A DNA stretch of 34,851 nt from Thermoproteota archaeon (GCA_015522685.1 WALU01000051.1:1-34851); one strand, 5' to 3'; numbered from the stretch's first letter, positions 20,019 through 29,087 are shown. Notes: generated from the letters alone by a model not told the origin. Numbers and translations: made by a program.

Positions 20019-21206
20019 ATGAGGGTTTTAGTAATAGCACCTCACTACAATACTTTCGTTAAAGGATCCATCGAAGCCATAGCGAAGAGAGTTAAGCGAG
20101 TCGATGTGCTAGTGCACCATAACAGATTTACGAGCTTGCTCAAATATGTGCCACTTGGAGGATATATAGACTACGCTAGGAGGTTTACTAGGGACAAACT
20201 CCTCAACTTGGAGGGAAAACCCGAGAACGTCAGAGTCCACTTTATATCAAAATTTTACTTCCCACCGAGCTTTAGAAATCTTAAAGTTGGAGATATCTTT
20301 GCTAAGGAAATGCTAAAAATCATAGATAATGAAAGAATAGAGGCAGACGTAATTCATTCTCATTTCATATGGCCTCCAGGTTATATAGGTGCTAAAATTA
20401 AGCCTAATCTCGATGCGAAGCTCGTCATAACTGGGCATGGCTATGATGTATACGACCTTCCCTTCAGAGGAGATGAGTGGATGGAGAGAATAAGGTGGGC
20501 CCTATCCCAGACCGATGCTGTAACTACAGTTAGTAGAAGCAATTTAAAGGTGCTGACAGAGAAACTGGGTGTTGATGTTAGTAAAGCCCATTTAATACCA
20601 AATGGAGTTTCATCCATTTTTAAGCCAATTGATGGATTATATGCAAGGAATGAGCTTGGAATTAAGGGAGATGCTCAGGTGATCCTGTCAGTTGGTAGCT
20701 TTATAGAGATAAAAGGCCATGAATACCTGATAAAGGCTGTGAAAAAGCTGAAGGATTCTGGGTTTCATGTCCTCACCTATATCATAGGTGAGGGCTCCTT
20801 CAAGGAGAGGCTCATCAAGTTAGTGAGAAAGTTAGATCTAACTGATTCTGTAAGGATTGTCGGTCCAAGGCCTCATAGTGAGATTCCTCTGTGGATGAAT
20901 GCTGCTGACGTTTTAGCTTTACCTAGTCTTAAAGAAGGTACCCCAACTGTCATGCTCGAAGCGTTAGCTTGTGGTACACCGCTTGTCGGTTCTAGAGTAG
21001 GGGGAATACCTGATATTATAACCTCTGAGGAATATGGCATATTAGTGGAACCTAAAAACACCGAAGAGTTAACAAAGGCAATATTAGAGGCCTTCAATAA
21101 AGAATGGGATAGAAAGAAGATTGCTGATTATGGAAGTCAGTTCTACTGGGATAAAATATCTGAGAAGATTATTGATCTATATGAAAATCTCCTTAGATTC
21201 AAGTAA
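20019..21206 (+). CDS. Glycosyltransferase family 4 (GT-B)
   Basis: IHSH, TGHGYD, IPNGV, KGH, PS..EGTP...LEALACG, GGIPD. Confidence 0.92.
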   Translation: MRVLVIAPHYNTFVKGSIEAIAKRVKRVDVLVHHNRFTSLLKYVPLGGYIDYARRFTRDKLLNLEGKPENVRVHFISKFYFPPSFRNLKVGDIFAKEMLKIIDNERIEADVIHSHFIWPPGYIGAKIKPNLDAKLVITGHGYDVYDLPFRGDEWMERIRWALSQTDAVTTVSRSNLKVLTEKLGVDVSKAHLIPNGVSSIFKPIDGLYARNELGIKGDAQVILSVGSFIEIKGHEYLIKAVKKLKDSGFHVLTYIIGEGSFKERLIKLVRKLDLTDSVRIVGPRPHSEIPLWMNAADVLALPSLKEGTPTVMLEALACGTPLVGSRVGGIPDIITSEEYGILVEPKNTEELTKAILEAFNKEWDRKKIADYGSQFYWDKISEKIIDLYENLLRFK

Positions 21207-21299
21207 ATGTGGTAAATGTGGAAATTATGTCTTTAGGAAAAGGCAACTAATACAGCTATAGCGAGATTACATTTATACTCTCTTTACGGTCTTTCTCTT

Positions 21300-22922
21300 G
21301 TGCTCTTCAAGGATCTAGCTAGTATTGCAAGACGAGTTGCAGCCATCACTTCTAGGCAGGAGAAAGTTCGTTATGTCGCTGAGCTAATATCGAAACTTCC
21401 ACCTGATGAGGCTTACAGGGCACTCTTGATACTTACAGGTCGCATATTTCCTCCATCAGATCCTAGAGAGCTCAATGTATCTTGGGCAACTCTCTGGCAC
21501 GTAGTATCCTTACTCGTAGGCGAAGCACAGCCCAAAGGGGTTGATGTAGGCGAACTTATTGAATCCATGCTCCGTTTTAGAAAGATGAAGCAGACATCCC
21601 TCTTTGAGGAGCCCCTCACCATCAACGAAGCTTACAGGATGCTAGAAGCCATAGCTTCTGCGGAAGGTCCTGGATCCAAGGTAAAGAAGGGAGTTATATT
21701 AAGCTCCCTTTTCTCAAAGGTCGAACCTGAGGAAGCTTGGCTGCTGGCGAATGCTATAGTGGGTGAGACGAGACTTGGACTGAGTGAAGGCCTCCTTATA
21801 GACGCTATAGCCTATGCTTACAATCTCAGGAGGGAGGATGTCGAGAAAGCAGCCATGGTGCTAGGTGATCCATATGAGATAGTTAGGAGGGGTGGTAAGC
21901 TAGAACTCCGCCCAGTTATCTTCAGGCCCATCAGACCTATGCTCGCTCAGACAGCGGAAAGTGTTAAATTGGCCATAATGGAGCTGGGGAAATGCGCATT
22001 GGAGTACAAGCTAGACGGTGTCAGGGTTCAGGTTCATGTCAAGGGAAGTGAAGTTAAATTGTTCAGCAGGCGCCTCAGCGATGTGACTGCAAGCATTCCT
22101 GACATAGTTGAAGATGTAAGGAAGGGGCTTAAAGCTGAGAAAGCTATCTTGGAGGGAGAGGTGATAGCTGAGAGGGATGGCAAGCCTTTACCCTTTCAGC
22201 TTCTCATGAGAAGGCTTCACCGAGCTACATTAGATGCCAGCATTATGAGGGAAATTCCGTTAAAGCTATATCTCTTCGATCTCCTACTAATTGATGACAC
22301 AAGCTTCTTAGAAAGGGCTTATATTGAGAGAAGAGCTAAATTGGAGGAAGTTATTGAAGATCCTCTCCAACTGGTTCCCTCCATTGTGACCAAGAGTGTA
22401 GAGGAAGGCCAAGCTTTCATGCAAGAATCCTTGAGAAGAGGGCATGAGGGAATCATGGCTAAGAAACTGAATTCTCCCTACATGCCAGGGGGAAGGGGTA
22501 GGCTTTGGTTGAAGATAAAGCAAATCCATACCCTCGATTTGGTAATAGTGGCAGCCGAACGTGGTTATGGAAGAAGGAGCAGATGGTACAGTGACTATTA
22601 CTTAGCTGCTAGGGATCCCAAGACCGGAGAATTCATAATTGTTGGAAAAACTTTCAAGGGTCTTAGCGATGAGGAATTCGAGTGGACGACTCAGAAGTTG
22701 AGATCTATGGCTGTGGAGGAGACTGGCAAGCTGATCAGAGTTCGACCTGAGATTGTGGTGGAAGTGGCATTCAACGAGATCCAGAAGAGCCCAAAGTATA
22801 AGAGCGGCCTAGCCCTGAGGTTCGCTAGGATAGTCAAGATTAGGGATGATAAAACTGCTGATGAAGCTGATACGATAGATAGAGTTAGAGAGCTTTATGA
22901 GAAGCAGTATAAGAAGCTATAA
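21300..22922 (+). CDS. lig: ATP-dependent DNA ligase
   Basis: RPMLA, EYKLDG, LEGE, YLFD, EGIMAK, WLKIK, LRFAR..R.DK; TTTATA 23-28 nt upstream. Confidence 0.96.
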   Translation: MLFKDLASIARRVAAITSRQEKVRYVAELISKLPPDEAYRALLILTGRIFPPSDPRELNVSWATLWHVVSLLVGEAQPKGVDVGELIESMLRFRKMKQTSLFEEPLTINEAYRMLEAIASAEGPGSKVKKGVILSSLFSKVEPEEAWLLANAIVGETRLGLSEGLLIDAIAYAYNLRREDVEKAAMVLGDPYEIVRRGGKLELRPVIFRPIRPMLAQTAESVKLAIMELGKCALEYKLDGVRVQVHVKGSEVKLFSRRLSDVTASIPDIVEDVRKGLKAEKAILEGEVIAERDGKPLPFQLLMRRLHRATLDASIMREIPLKLYLFDLLLIDDTSFLERAYIERRAKLEEVIEDPLQLVPSIVTKSVEEGQAFMQESLRRGHEGIMAKKLNSPYMPGGRGRLWLKIKQIHTLDLVIVAAERGYGRRSRWYSDYYLAARDPKTGEFIIVGKTFKGLSDEEFEWTTQKLRSMAVEETGKLIRVRPEIVVEVAFNEIQKSPKYKSGLALRFARIVKIRDDKTADEADTIDRVRELYEKQYKKL

Positions 22923-23009
22923 TGCTGGCTGCCAAGGAACAAGCTATCGTGCACGAAATGTAAAGGGTCACAAATGATTTGAATTCAAAGTCATTTCCTA
23001 ATTAAATCC

Positions 23010-23213
23010 CTAGGATCTACCCTCCTGTGAGATTATCATCTCACCTATGTCTATGGCGGCCTCTGTCGCTATCTGGAAATTTCTCTCAATGGCGCTCCTC
23101 AGTTCGTAGTTCTCCTGGAGATCCTCCAAAGTGATATCTCTCCTACTCCGCAAGTAGCTTAGAGAGATCTCCAAGTACCTGAGCTTCTCGGCGATCTTCT
23201 CTCTGAAGAACAT
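23010..23213 (-). pseudogene. Truncated HepT/DUF86 HEPN toxin (N-terminal half only)
   Basis: AIERNFQIA.EAAIDIG is the HepT N-terminal signature; stops at 67 aa with no RNxxxH motif and no convincing continuation in other frames. Confidence 0.75.
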
Positions 23214-23217
23214 CCTT

Positions 23218-23601
23218 TCACCTCGAAATGATGAGATTGGCCCTCCTCAAGTCGTAATACCTCCTGTCCAAGTAGGTCCTCAGGGTGCGATAGATGAATT
23301 CCTTCCTGATCCTCTCATCCCTGGAGAAAAGGAGCTTACCCTTGAGAACCTCGTAAGACAGTCGATAACTGGCGGTGTTGAGGAGAACGGCATCCACCCT
23401 CACCTCCCTGAAGCTCAGGCGACTGGCTATGTCTAGGAATGTGTTCCACATAACATCATGGGGGAGGGAGGGATTCAGGTACACGGCGATGTCGACATCG
23501 CTCATCTTACCGGCCTCGCCCCTAGCGTAGGAACCGAATAGGTAGGCGAAGACCACATCTTCATGCTCCTTCAGTATCTCCACTATCCTCTTCACGATCA
23601 T
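23218..23601 (-). CDS. Minimal nucleotidyltransferase (MntA-like antitoxin)
   Basis: AYLFGSYARG....SDVDIAV (GS-x10-DxD), third Asp in VD; directly upstream of the HEPN fragment. Confidence 0.9.
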   Translation of the reverse strand: MIVKRIVEILKEHEDVVFAYLFGSYARGEAGKMSDVDIAVYLNPSLPHDVMWNTFLDIASRLSFREVRVDAVLLNTASYRLSYEVLKGKLLFSRDERIRKEFIYRTLRTYLDRRYYDLRRANLIISR

Positions 23602-23643
23602 TTTCCGAGATCTTCCCTGGAGAAGTAGGTAAAAATGTATTTG

Positions 23644-23820
23644 TTATACAGGTCCATCACCCACCACTCCCCTTTCCTTTAGGTAGTTCAGGATGAGATT
23701 GACCTTCTCTAGAAACCTCTCGTTTCCCGTTTCATGATAGTTCTTAACGAGAAATGCGACGAGGGAGATGGAGTTCTCCACGACCTAGTCCTCGTAGAAT
23801 ACCTCTAATCTTCCTCCTCT
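23644..23820 (-). pseudogene. Remnant of an (alpha/alpha)-toroid protein gene
   Basis: Reading through the TAG at 23785-23787 gives VFYED*VVENSISLVAFLVKNYHETGNERFLEKVNLILNYLKERG, resembling the Y..TG...(F/Y)L repeat of six-hairpin glycosidase-like folds. Confidence 0.35.
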
Positions 23821-24135
23821 TCTGGGCGGTGAAAAGCTGGAGGGCCTGATCCACACGCGTCCTTGAGGGACAGCCCTGAGCAGGCCTTGCGTGTATGGAT
23901 ACATTGGATCCGAGAATATCCCCTCCTTGCTTACCATCTCCACCATCTTGCTAGCATACATTACAGCCACCCTGCCCCCGACGGTGGCTGTGACGCCCAA
24001 GTTATGCGTGATGAAGATGAAAGACACCTCCACCTGACTCTTTAACTCGGTTATGAGCCTGAGTATCTGGGCCTAAACGCTAACGTCCAGCGCAGATGCC
24101 GGCTCGTCCATTATGACAAGGTCGGGCTCCAGCAA
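23785..24135 (-). pseudogene. Oligopeptide ABC ATPase (OppD/OppF) fragment
   Basis: EPDLVIMDEPASALDVSV*AQIL...FIFITHNL...VAVMY...PMYPYTQGLL; conserved Gln replaced by TAG (24073-24075); Walker A half missing. Confidence 0.85.
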
Positions 24136-24210
24136 GGGAGAATCACCTAGAGCTAGCATTTGACTAACTGGAGTAGAAACTACTCCTAATTCCCTTTATT
24201 ATGTGAACGG

Positions 24211-25104
24211 GTGATTCCTCGAATGAAGGTACTGAGAAAGGAGCTTGTAGGAGGAGAAGGTCTCATATACTTAGCTACTAGAGTTTCAAGGAAGGCTGGA
24301 GGACCTAAGGATATAGCTGAGGAGTTAAAAGACATAAGTAGGGTCAAGAGGCTTTTAACTGGCATAGTAAAGACAGGTCACTTCTCTGTCTTGGAGCATT
24401 CCCTCATAAGGTTGTGGGTAAATGCTGACTGGAACAAAGTAACCAAGACATTCTTCCATCATAAGTACGTGGAAGCAACTCAAAGCGATCCTATACTGAT
24501 ATCAATGAATCCTAGAGCAGCTATAGAGATCTTAGATGATGAGAAAGCCAAACCTCTTGCATTAGAGGCTGTAAAAGAGCTGCCTATAATCTCGAACATT
24601 TTAGGAATAAGGAGCGAAAAAGAGCCCAATTTAAATGTGCAGATGACTAAGGTAAGTGAAAGTCCTCTAGTCTACTTCTTCATAGGTTCTCCTCATGAAG
24701 ATCCGAGGCATGGATTCTACGCTTTTTGGACTGAGATGTCTCGTGTTGCCTCCCACCAATTCGTCAGACATCGCAGGCTCAGCTTCACTCAGCGCTCTGG
24801 CAGGTACACTAAACCAAATGGATTTATCCTCCCTTATGTGAAGGAGGATGCTCTAAAAATCATGGAGGAGCATGCTAATATTAGTTATCTAATCTATAAC
24901 AAGCTTCTTAAGATGAATATAAGAAAGGAGGATGCTAGGTACATACTTCCAGCTGCTTTAAAAACTGCTCTATTCGTGAGCGGCCGCCAATCCGATTGGT
25001 ATCACTTCTTAGAGCTGAGGACAGATATACATGCCCAAGAGGAGATAAGGAAGTTTGCTCAAGTAGTAGCTAGGGTGATGGGTTGGTCTGGTGAGATGAA
25101 GTAA
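24211..25104 (+). CDS. thyX: FAD-dependent thymidylate synthase
   Basis: GHFSVLEH, SR..SHQFVRHRRLSFTQRSGRY (RHR-x7-S), EDARYILP, LR...HAQ.EIR. Confidence 0.93.
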   Translation: MIPRMKVLRKELVGGEGLIYLATRVSRKAGGPKDIAEELKDISRVKRLLTGIVKTGHFSVLEHSLIRLWVNADWNKVTKTFFHHKYVEATQSDPILISMNPRAAIEILDDEKAKPLALEAVKELPIISNILGIRSEKEPNLNVQMTKVSESPLVYFFIGSPHEDPRHGFYAFWTEMSRVASHQFVRHRRLSFTQRSGRYTKPNGFILPYVKEDALKIMEEHANISYLIYNKLLKMNIRKEDARYILPAALKTALFVSGRQSDWYHFLELRTDIHAQEEIRKFAQVVARVMGWSGEMK

Positions 25105-25176
25105 GGAAGGTAAGATATGTAAAGAAAGAGCGCTAATGGTTATCAAATAAATAGAGATATACATGAGGGTAAGCCT

Positions 25177-25677
25177 ATGGAAGATCTCAATCTCCTTTAC
25201 CGGGGAAGAATTGTCACCCTTGAAGTTAGGCAGGTGAATAGCGGGATTAGGGAGATAGTATATCATCCTGGTTCTGTCTCAATACTCCCCTATGAGAACG
25301 ATTGCGTGTACCTTATCAAGCAGTACAGGTACCCTCTTAATACATATATATGGGAGATACCTGCTGGCACTTTAGAGGAAGGAGAAAGCCCAGAAGAATG
25401 CGCTAAGAGAGAACTTGAGGAAGAAACGGGTTTAATAGCTGGTAAATTGGAGAAGATTTTTGAGGCATATCTGATCCCAGGATACGGTACGGAAAAGATG
25501 AGCTTCTTCTTTGCAACTGAGCTATCTAAGGGAAGAATGCATCCAGAGCCCTCTGAGAAGATAGAGGTTCACAAATTTCGAATTGATGAGGCTGTGCAGA
25601 AGGTAAGGACGAACGAGATAGCAGATGTAAAAACGATAGCTGCACTTCTTTGGTACATGCAAATGAGGAGTGAATAA
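25177..25677 (+). CDS. NUDIX hydrolase (ADP-ribose pyrophosphatase-like)
   Basis: QYRYP, EIPAG, Nudix box GTLEEGESPEECAKRELEEETG. Confidence 0.93.
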   Translation: MEDLNLLYRGRIVTLEVRQVNSGIREIVYHPGSVSILPYENDCVYLIKQYRYPLNTYIWEIPAGTLEEGESPEECAKRELEEETGLIAGKLEKIFEAYLIPGYGTEKMSFFFATELSKGRMHPEPSEKIEVHKFRIDEAVQKVRTNEIADVKTIAALLWYMQMRSE

Positions 25678-25679
25678 AT

Positions 25680-25697
25680 TTACTTACTTACTTACTT
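25680..25697. repeat. (TTAC)4TT microsatellite directly after the NUDIX stop
   Basis: TTACTTACTTACTTACTT. Confidence 0.7.
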
Positions 25698-25937
25698 GAT
25701 GTAAACATCACTACCCACACCACTATTCTACGAAAAGATAATTCTCTCTACTACTTCATCCATTAGAATCCCCTTAGTTCACACGCGTTCAACTAGGAAT
25801 TCAATGAGAGAGTAATTTCATTGGGATCTCGACTTACCTAATGCTCAAAAGTATAATTCCTAGCGGAGAATAGAGCTGAATTAAAACATTCTTATGTTTA
25901 AATATCATTTTATTGCCCTTGTAAGCCAAGAGCAGCG

Positions 25938-26159
25938 GTGATCTCTATGGAGCTTGAATGTCCAGAATGCGGCGCTATAATAGAACTTGATGAAGATGAG
26001 ACAGAAATAGGCCAAGAGATCGAATGTCCAGAATGCGGAACGATACTTATCTTAAGGAAAAGGGGTAAAAAATTCTTCCTAGAACCCTTGGAAGAGGAAG
26101 AGCTAGAAGAAGCGGATGAGGATGAAGATGAGACAGAAGCGGAGGAAGAGGATTATTAG
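25938..26159 (+). CDS. LysW-like zinc-ribbon protein with long acidic tail
   Basis: ECPECG-x-GQEIECPECG..L architecture of LysW; ends EEEDY rather than EDWGE; start may be ATG 25947. Confidence 0.7.
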   Translation: MISMELECPECGAIIELDEDETEIGQEIECPECGTILILRKRGKKFFLEPLEEEELEEADEDEDETEAEEEDY

Positions 26160-26165
26160 GAGATT

Positions 26166-26972
26166 TTAAGCTGTCTCAAGTATCTTAAATATAGAGATTC
26201 TTCCTATTCCATATTTCTTTATATTATCTAACCACTTGTCTGATACGGATACTATTGAAAAAATGCCCCAAAGCTCCGAACCCACCTCATCTATAATCCT
26301 CATTATGGCGTCTATGGATTCCAAATTATTAAGAACGTCTTTTACCAAGATGATTTTATCTCCTCTATTAATCGACGACCTTGGAATGAAAACATCCATG
26401 ATCCTTCCCTTATCGTGAGATACATAAGAACCTCTAGCGAAAGCATCCACGGTAAGACCAGGATAATCCAAAGTAGAGACCGCTTTGGAAGAGATCCAAT
26501 CAGATGATATAATAGCTAGGGGAGAAACAGCTGAGGGGTGGGCCAATATTATATTCACATCCTCCTCTCCAACGAATTTGGAGATAATATATCCCATTAA
26601 ATCTAAGAACTTGAAACTCGTAAGTAGCCTCCATGTTTCTACATATCCATAAGCATTTGTTCTCAATATCCTATCAAATGCCCTTTCAATTAGCCGTAGC
26701 TCCTCTATTTTACTAATTATCTTTCTGGCTGTCGGTTTTTCTGGGGTATTCTTAAGGCTAATGTACCTCCATATTACCTGGTAGGGTATGCCTAGCATAT
26801 CCTCAAGCTCTTTAAACGTGAAAAATCCTTTTAGTGAACTTAATAACCTAATTGATACATATGGCGACTCTAATCTACCTATTCTAACCAAAATCCTCAC
26901 CCATTTATATACCCAAAAAGAAGGCTGCCATGCATATAACCTTGAGCTTAAAGGGAAAGCGTGTATACTCAC
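26166..26972 (-). CDS. HTH plus phosphoribosyltransferase-fold protein (PurR-like regulator), degenerate PRPP loop
   Basis: FTFKELEDMLGIPYQVIWRY (HTH); INRGDKIILVKDVL (PRT core strand). True start is probably downstream of 26972. Confidence 0.75.
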   Translation of the reverse strand: MSIHAFPLSSRLYAWQPSFWVYKWVRILVRIGRLESPYVSIRLLSSLKGFFTFKELEDMLGIPYQVIWRYISLKNTPEKPTARKIISKIEELRLIERAFDRILRTNAYGYVETWRLLTSFKFLDLMGYIISKFVGEEDVNIILAHPSAVSPLAIISSDWISSKAVSTLDYPGLTVDAFARGSYVSHDKGRIMDVFIPRSSINRGDKIILVKDVLNNLESIDAIMRIIDEVGSELWGIFSIVSVSDKWLDNIKKYGIGRISIFKILETA

Positions 26973-27084
26973 AGAAATTTAAGGAGGTACCTCTAGTGAA
27001 TTATCATGGAATATTGTTAGCATGATTTTAGTTTAATCAGTCTTTTATTTCCTAATATAAGAAAGGAACGGCTGATCTGGCAAG

Positions 27085-28044
27085 ATGATCCAGAAAGATT
27101 GCTCCTTTGAGAGTTTTAGATTTCCTGGAACTTTTTTTAAAGCAAACTTAGTAGCTAGGATCTTAGGATATAAAGGAGATCTTTACATAAAATGGGAAGG
27201 AGATAACCCTACAGGAACACAAAAGGATAGGGCAGGTTTGAGGCATGCCGCTAAAGCATATTCCCAAAGATATTCTGGTTTAACAGTAGGTACCTGTGGA
27301 AACTATGGGGTTTCAATTGCATATTTTGCAAGTATGATGGGTCTAAAAGCAGTAATTTTCATGCCAAGGAGGTATTCTGGCTCTAGAATAGGAGAGATGA
27401 TAAGACTTGGTGCAAGAGTTATTAGAGTAGACGGGAGCTATGAGGACGCTGTAGAGGCTAGCATTCTAGCATCCCTAGAGGGAGATCTTTATGATGCAAA
27501 TCCAGGAGGGGTAAATGGAGAAGAAGCTCTTAGATCCTTTATGGACATAGCTTATGAAATTGTAAATTCTTTAGGAAAATCTCCAGATTTAGTTTCAGTA
27601 CCTGTAGGAAATGGAACTACCTTAGCCGGGATATACCTTGGATTCAAGGATCTTATGACTAGAGGGCTTACTGACAGAGTACCTAAGATGATCGGGGGAA
27701 CAACCGTCCTTGGAAACCAGGTAGCATTAACCCTTAAGAGATCATCTCGCGAGCTTGTGAATCTATCAGAGAGCGACGTTCGAGAAACAGAGGTCAATGA
27801 ACCTCTTGTGGCGATCAAATCTCTCGATGGGGGCGATGCGATTAAAGCTATCCTAGAAACTAAAGGCAGAGTCTATGAGCTCACCGATGAGGAAATGATC
27901 TCCTTGGCTGAAATTCTCTCGTTAGAGAGAATAGATCCTCTACCGGCTTCTAGCTCCTCATTAGGAGCAATAAGAGAGTATAGTGATGAAAATGCATTCT
28001 CAGGAACTGCCGTAGCAATTATCACTGGGAGAAAATCGAGATGA
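27085..28044 (+). CDS. Fold-type II PLP enzyme, threonine-synthase-like
   Basis: KWEGDNPTGTQKDR (PLP Lys), TCGNYG, VDGSYEDA, VPVGNGT, IITG. Confidence 0.88.
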   Translation: MIQKDCSFESFRFPGTFFKANLVARILGYKGDLYIKWEGDNPTGTQKDRAGLRHAAKAYSQRYSGLTVGTCGNYGVSIAYFASMMGLKAVIFMPRRYSGSRIGEMIRLGARVIRVDGSYEDAVEASILASLEGDLYDANPGGVNGEEALRSFMDIAYEIVNSLGKSPDLVSVPVGNGTTLAGIYLGFKDLMTRGLTDRVPKMIGGTTVLGNQVALTLKRSSRELVNLSESDVRETEVNEPLVAIKSLDGGDAIKAILETKGRVYELTDEEMISLAEILSLERIDPLPASSSSLGAIREYSDENAFSGTAVAIITGRKSR

Positions 28045-29087
28045 AGGAGGCCTTAATATTAACTGAGAGTAAATATCTCACCTCTGATGCTAAAACGGCT
28101 CATGGCTTGATCAGGAAATCATTAAGATATAAAATAGTCGGTGTAATAGATAGCACGGTAGCAGGGGAAGATGCAGGAATGATTTTAGATGGAAAGCCTA
28201 GAGGCATAAAGATATATGAGGATTTGAACTTGGCCTTAACTCATAATCCAAGGGCATCAGTACTTATAGTTGGAGTTGCCACCTCAGGAGGCAAGCTACC
28301 TTCTAGCTATAGAAGCATAGTAAGGGAAGCTCTTGAGAGGGGATTGGATGTAGTTTCTGGTCTTCATGAGTTTCTTAGTGACGACATTGAGCTATCCAGC
28401 ATAGCTAAAGAAAAAGGAGCGAAAATAATAGATGTTAGAAAAATATATCAGAGCATGAAAATTTTTTATACCGGAAAGATACGTGAAGTTAAATCTATCA
28501 GAGTCGTGGTCCTAGGTACAGACGCATGTATAGGAAAAAGAACAACAGCATGGATGCTCGTAGATGAGTTAAATGATAAGGGAATAAGGTCCGTTATTAT
28601 CGGTACTGGGCAAACAGCATGGATGCAAGGAGCTAAGTATGGAATAGTGCTAGATTCTATGATAAACGACTTTATTCCTGGTGGCCTAGAGCATGAAGTT
28701 TGGAGGGCCTACAAGGAGGAAAATCCTGATGTAATGGTGGTGCCTGGCCAGGGATCAATGCTGCATCCCGTATTCCCCGGTAGCTTTGAGATTCTTAACC
28801 TTCTCTCCCCAGAAGTTGTAGTCCTTCAACATGCTCCTGGGAGAAAGCACTTAGAGGACTTCCCAGAGTATCCGCTCCCTCCTTTAGATAAGTACATAAG
28901 TTTGGTAGAACTGATGACTGGAAACAAACCTACTGCGATTACGATAAACACTGAAGGAATGAGGGAAGAGGAAATTAATGCCTACCTAAGGAGAGTGGAG
29001 AGGGATTATGGGATACCTACATGTGCTCCTTTATTGCAAGGAGTTGAAAAAGTAGCTCGTCTAACAGAGAGGAGAATTGAAAGATGA
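28041..29087 (+). CDS. DUF1611 (DgcN-like) P-loop protein
   Basis: AKTAHG, GVA..GG, SGLHEFL, DVR, GTDACIGKRTT, TGQT, DF..G.LE, GQGS.LHP; ATGA overlap with the upstream gene. Confidence 0.88.
   Translation: MKEALILTESKYLTSDAKTAHGLIRKSLRYKIVGVIDSTVAGEDAGMILDGKPRGIKIYEDLNLALTHNPRASVLIVGVATSGGKLPSSYRSIVREALERGLDVVSGLHEFLSDDIELSSIAKEKGAKIIDVRKIYQSMKIFYTGKIREVKSIRVVVLGTDACIGKRTTAWMLVDELNDKGIRSVIIGTGQTAWMQGAKYGIVLDSMINDFIPGGLEHEVWRAYKEENPDVMVVPGQGSMLHPVFPGSFEILNLLSPEVVVLQHAPGRKHLEDFPEYPLPPLDKYISLVELMTGNKPTAITINTEGMREEEINAYLRRVERDYGIPTCAPLLQGVEKVARLTERRIER

Noticed and set aside
23785-24075. In-frame TAG codons as pyrrolysine or stop-codon recoding
   Set aside because: The host fragments are truncated anyway, TAG is a normal stop in many genes here, and CAG to TAG is a common nonsense transition
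25692-25763. Minus-strand MDEVVERIIFS*NSGVGSDVYIK as an MNT remnant
   Set aside because: Too short and degenerate to support
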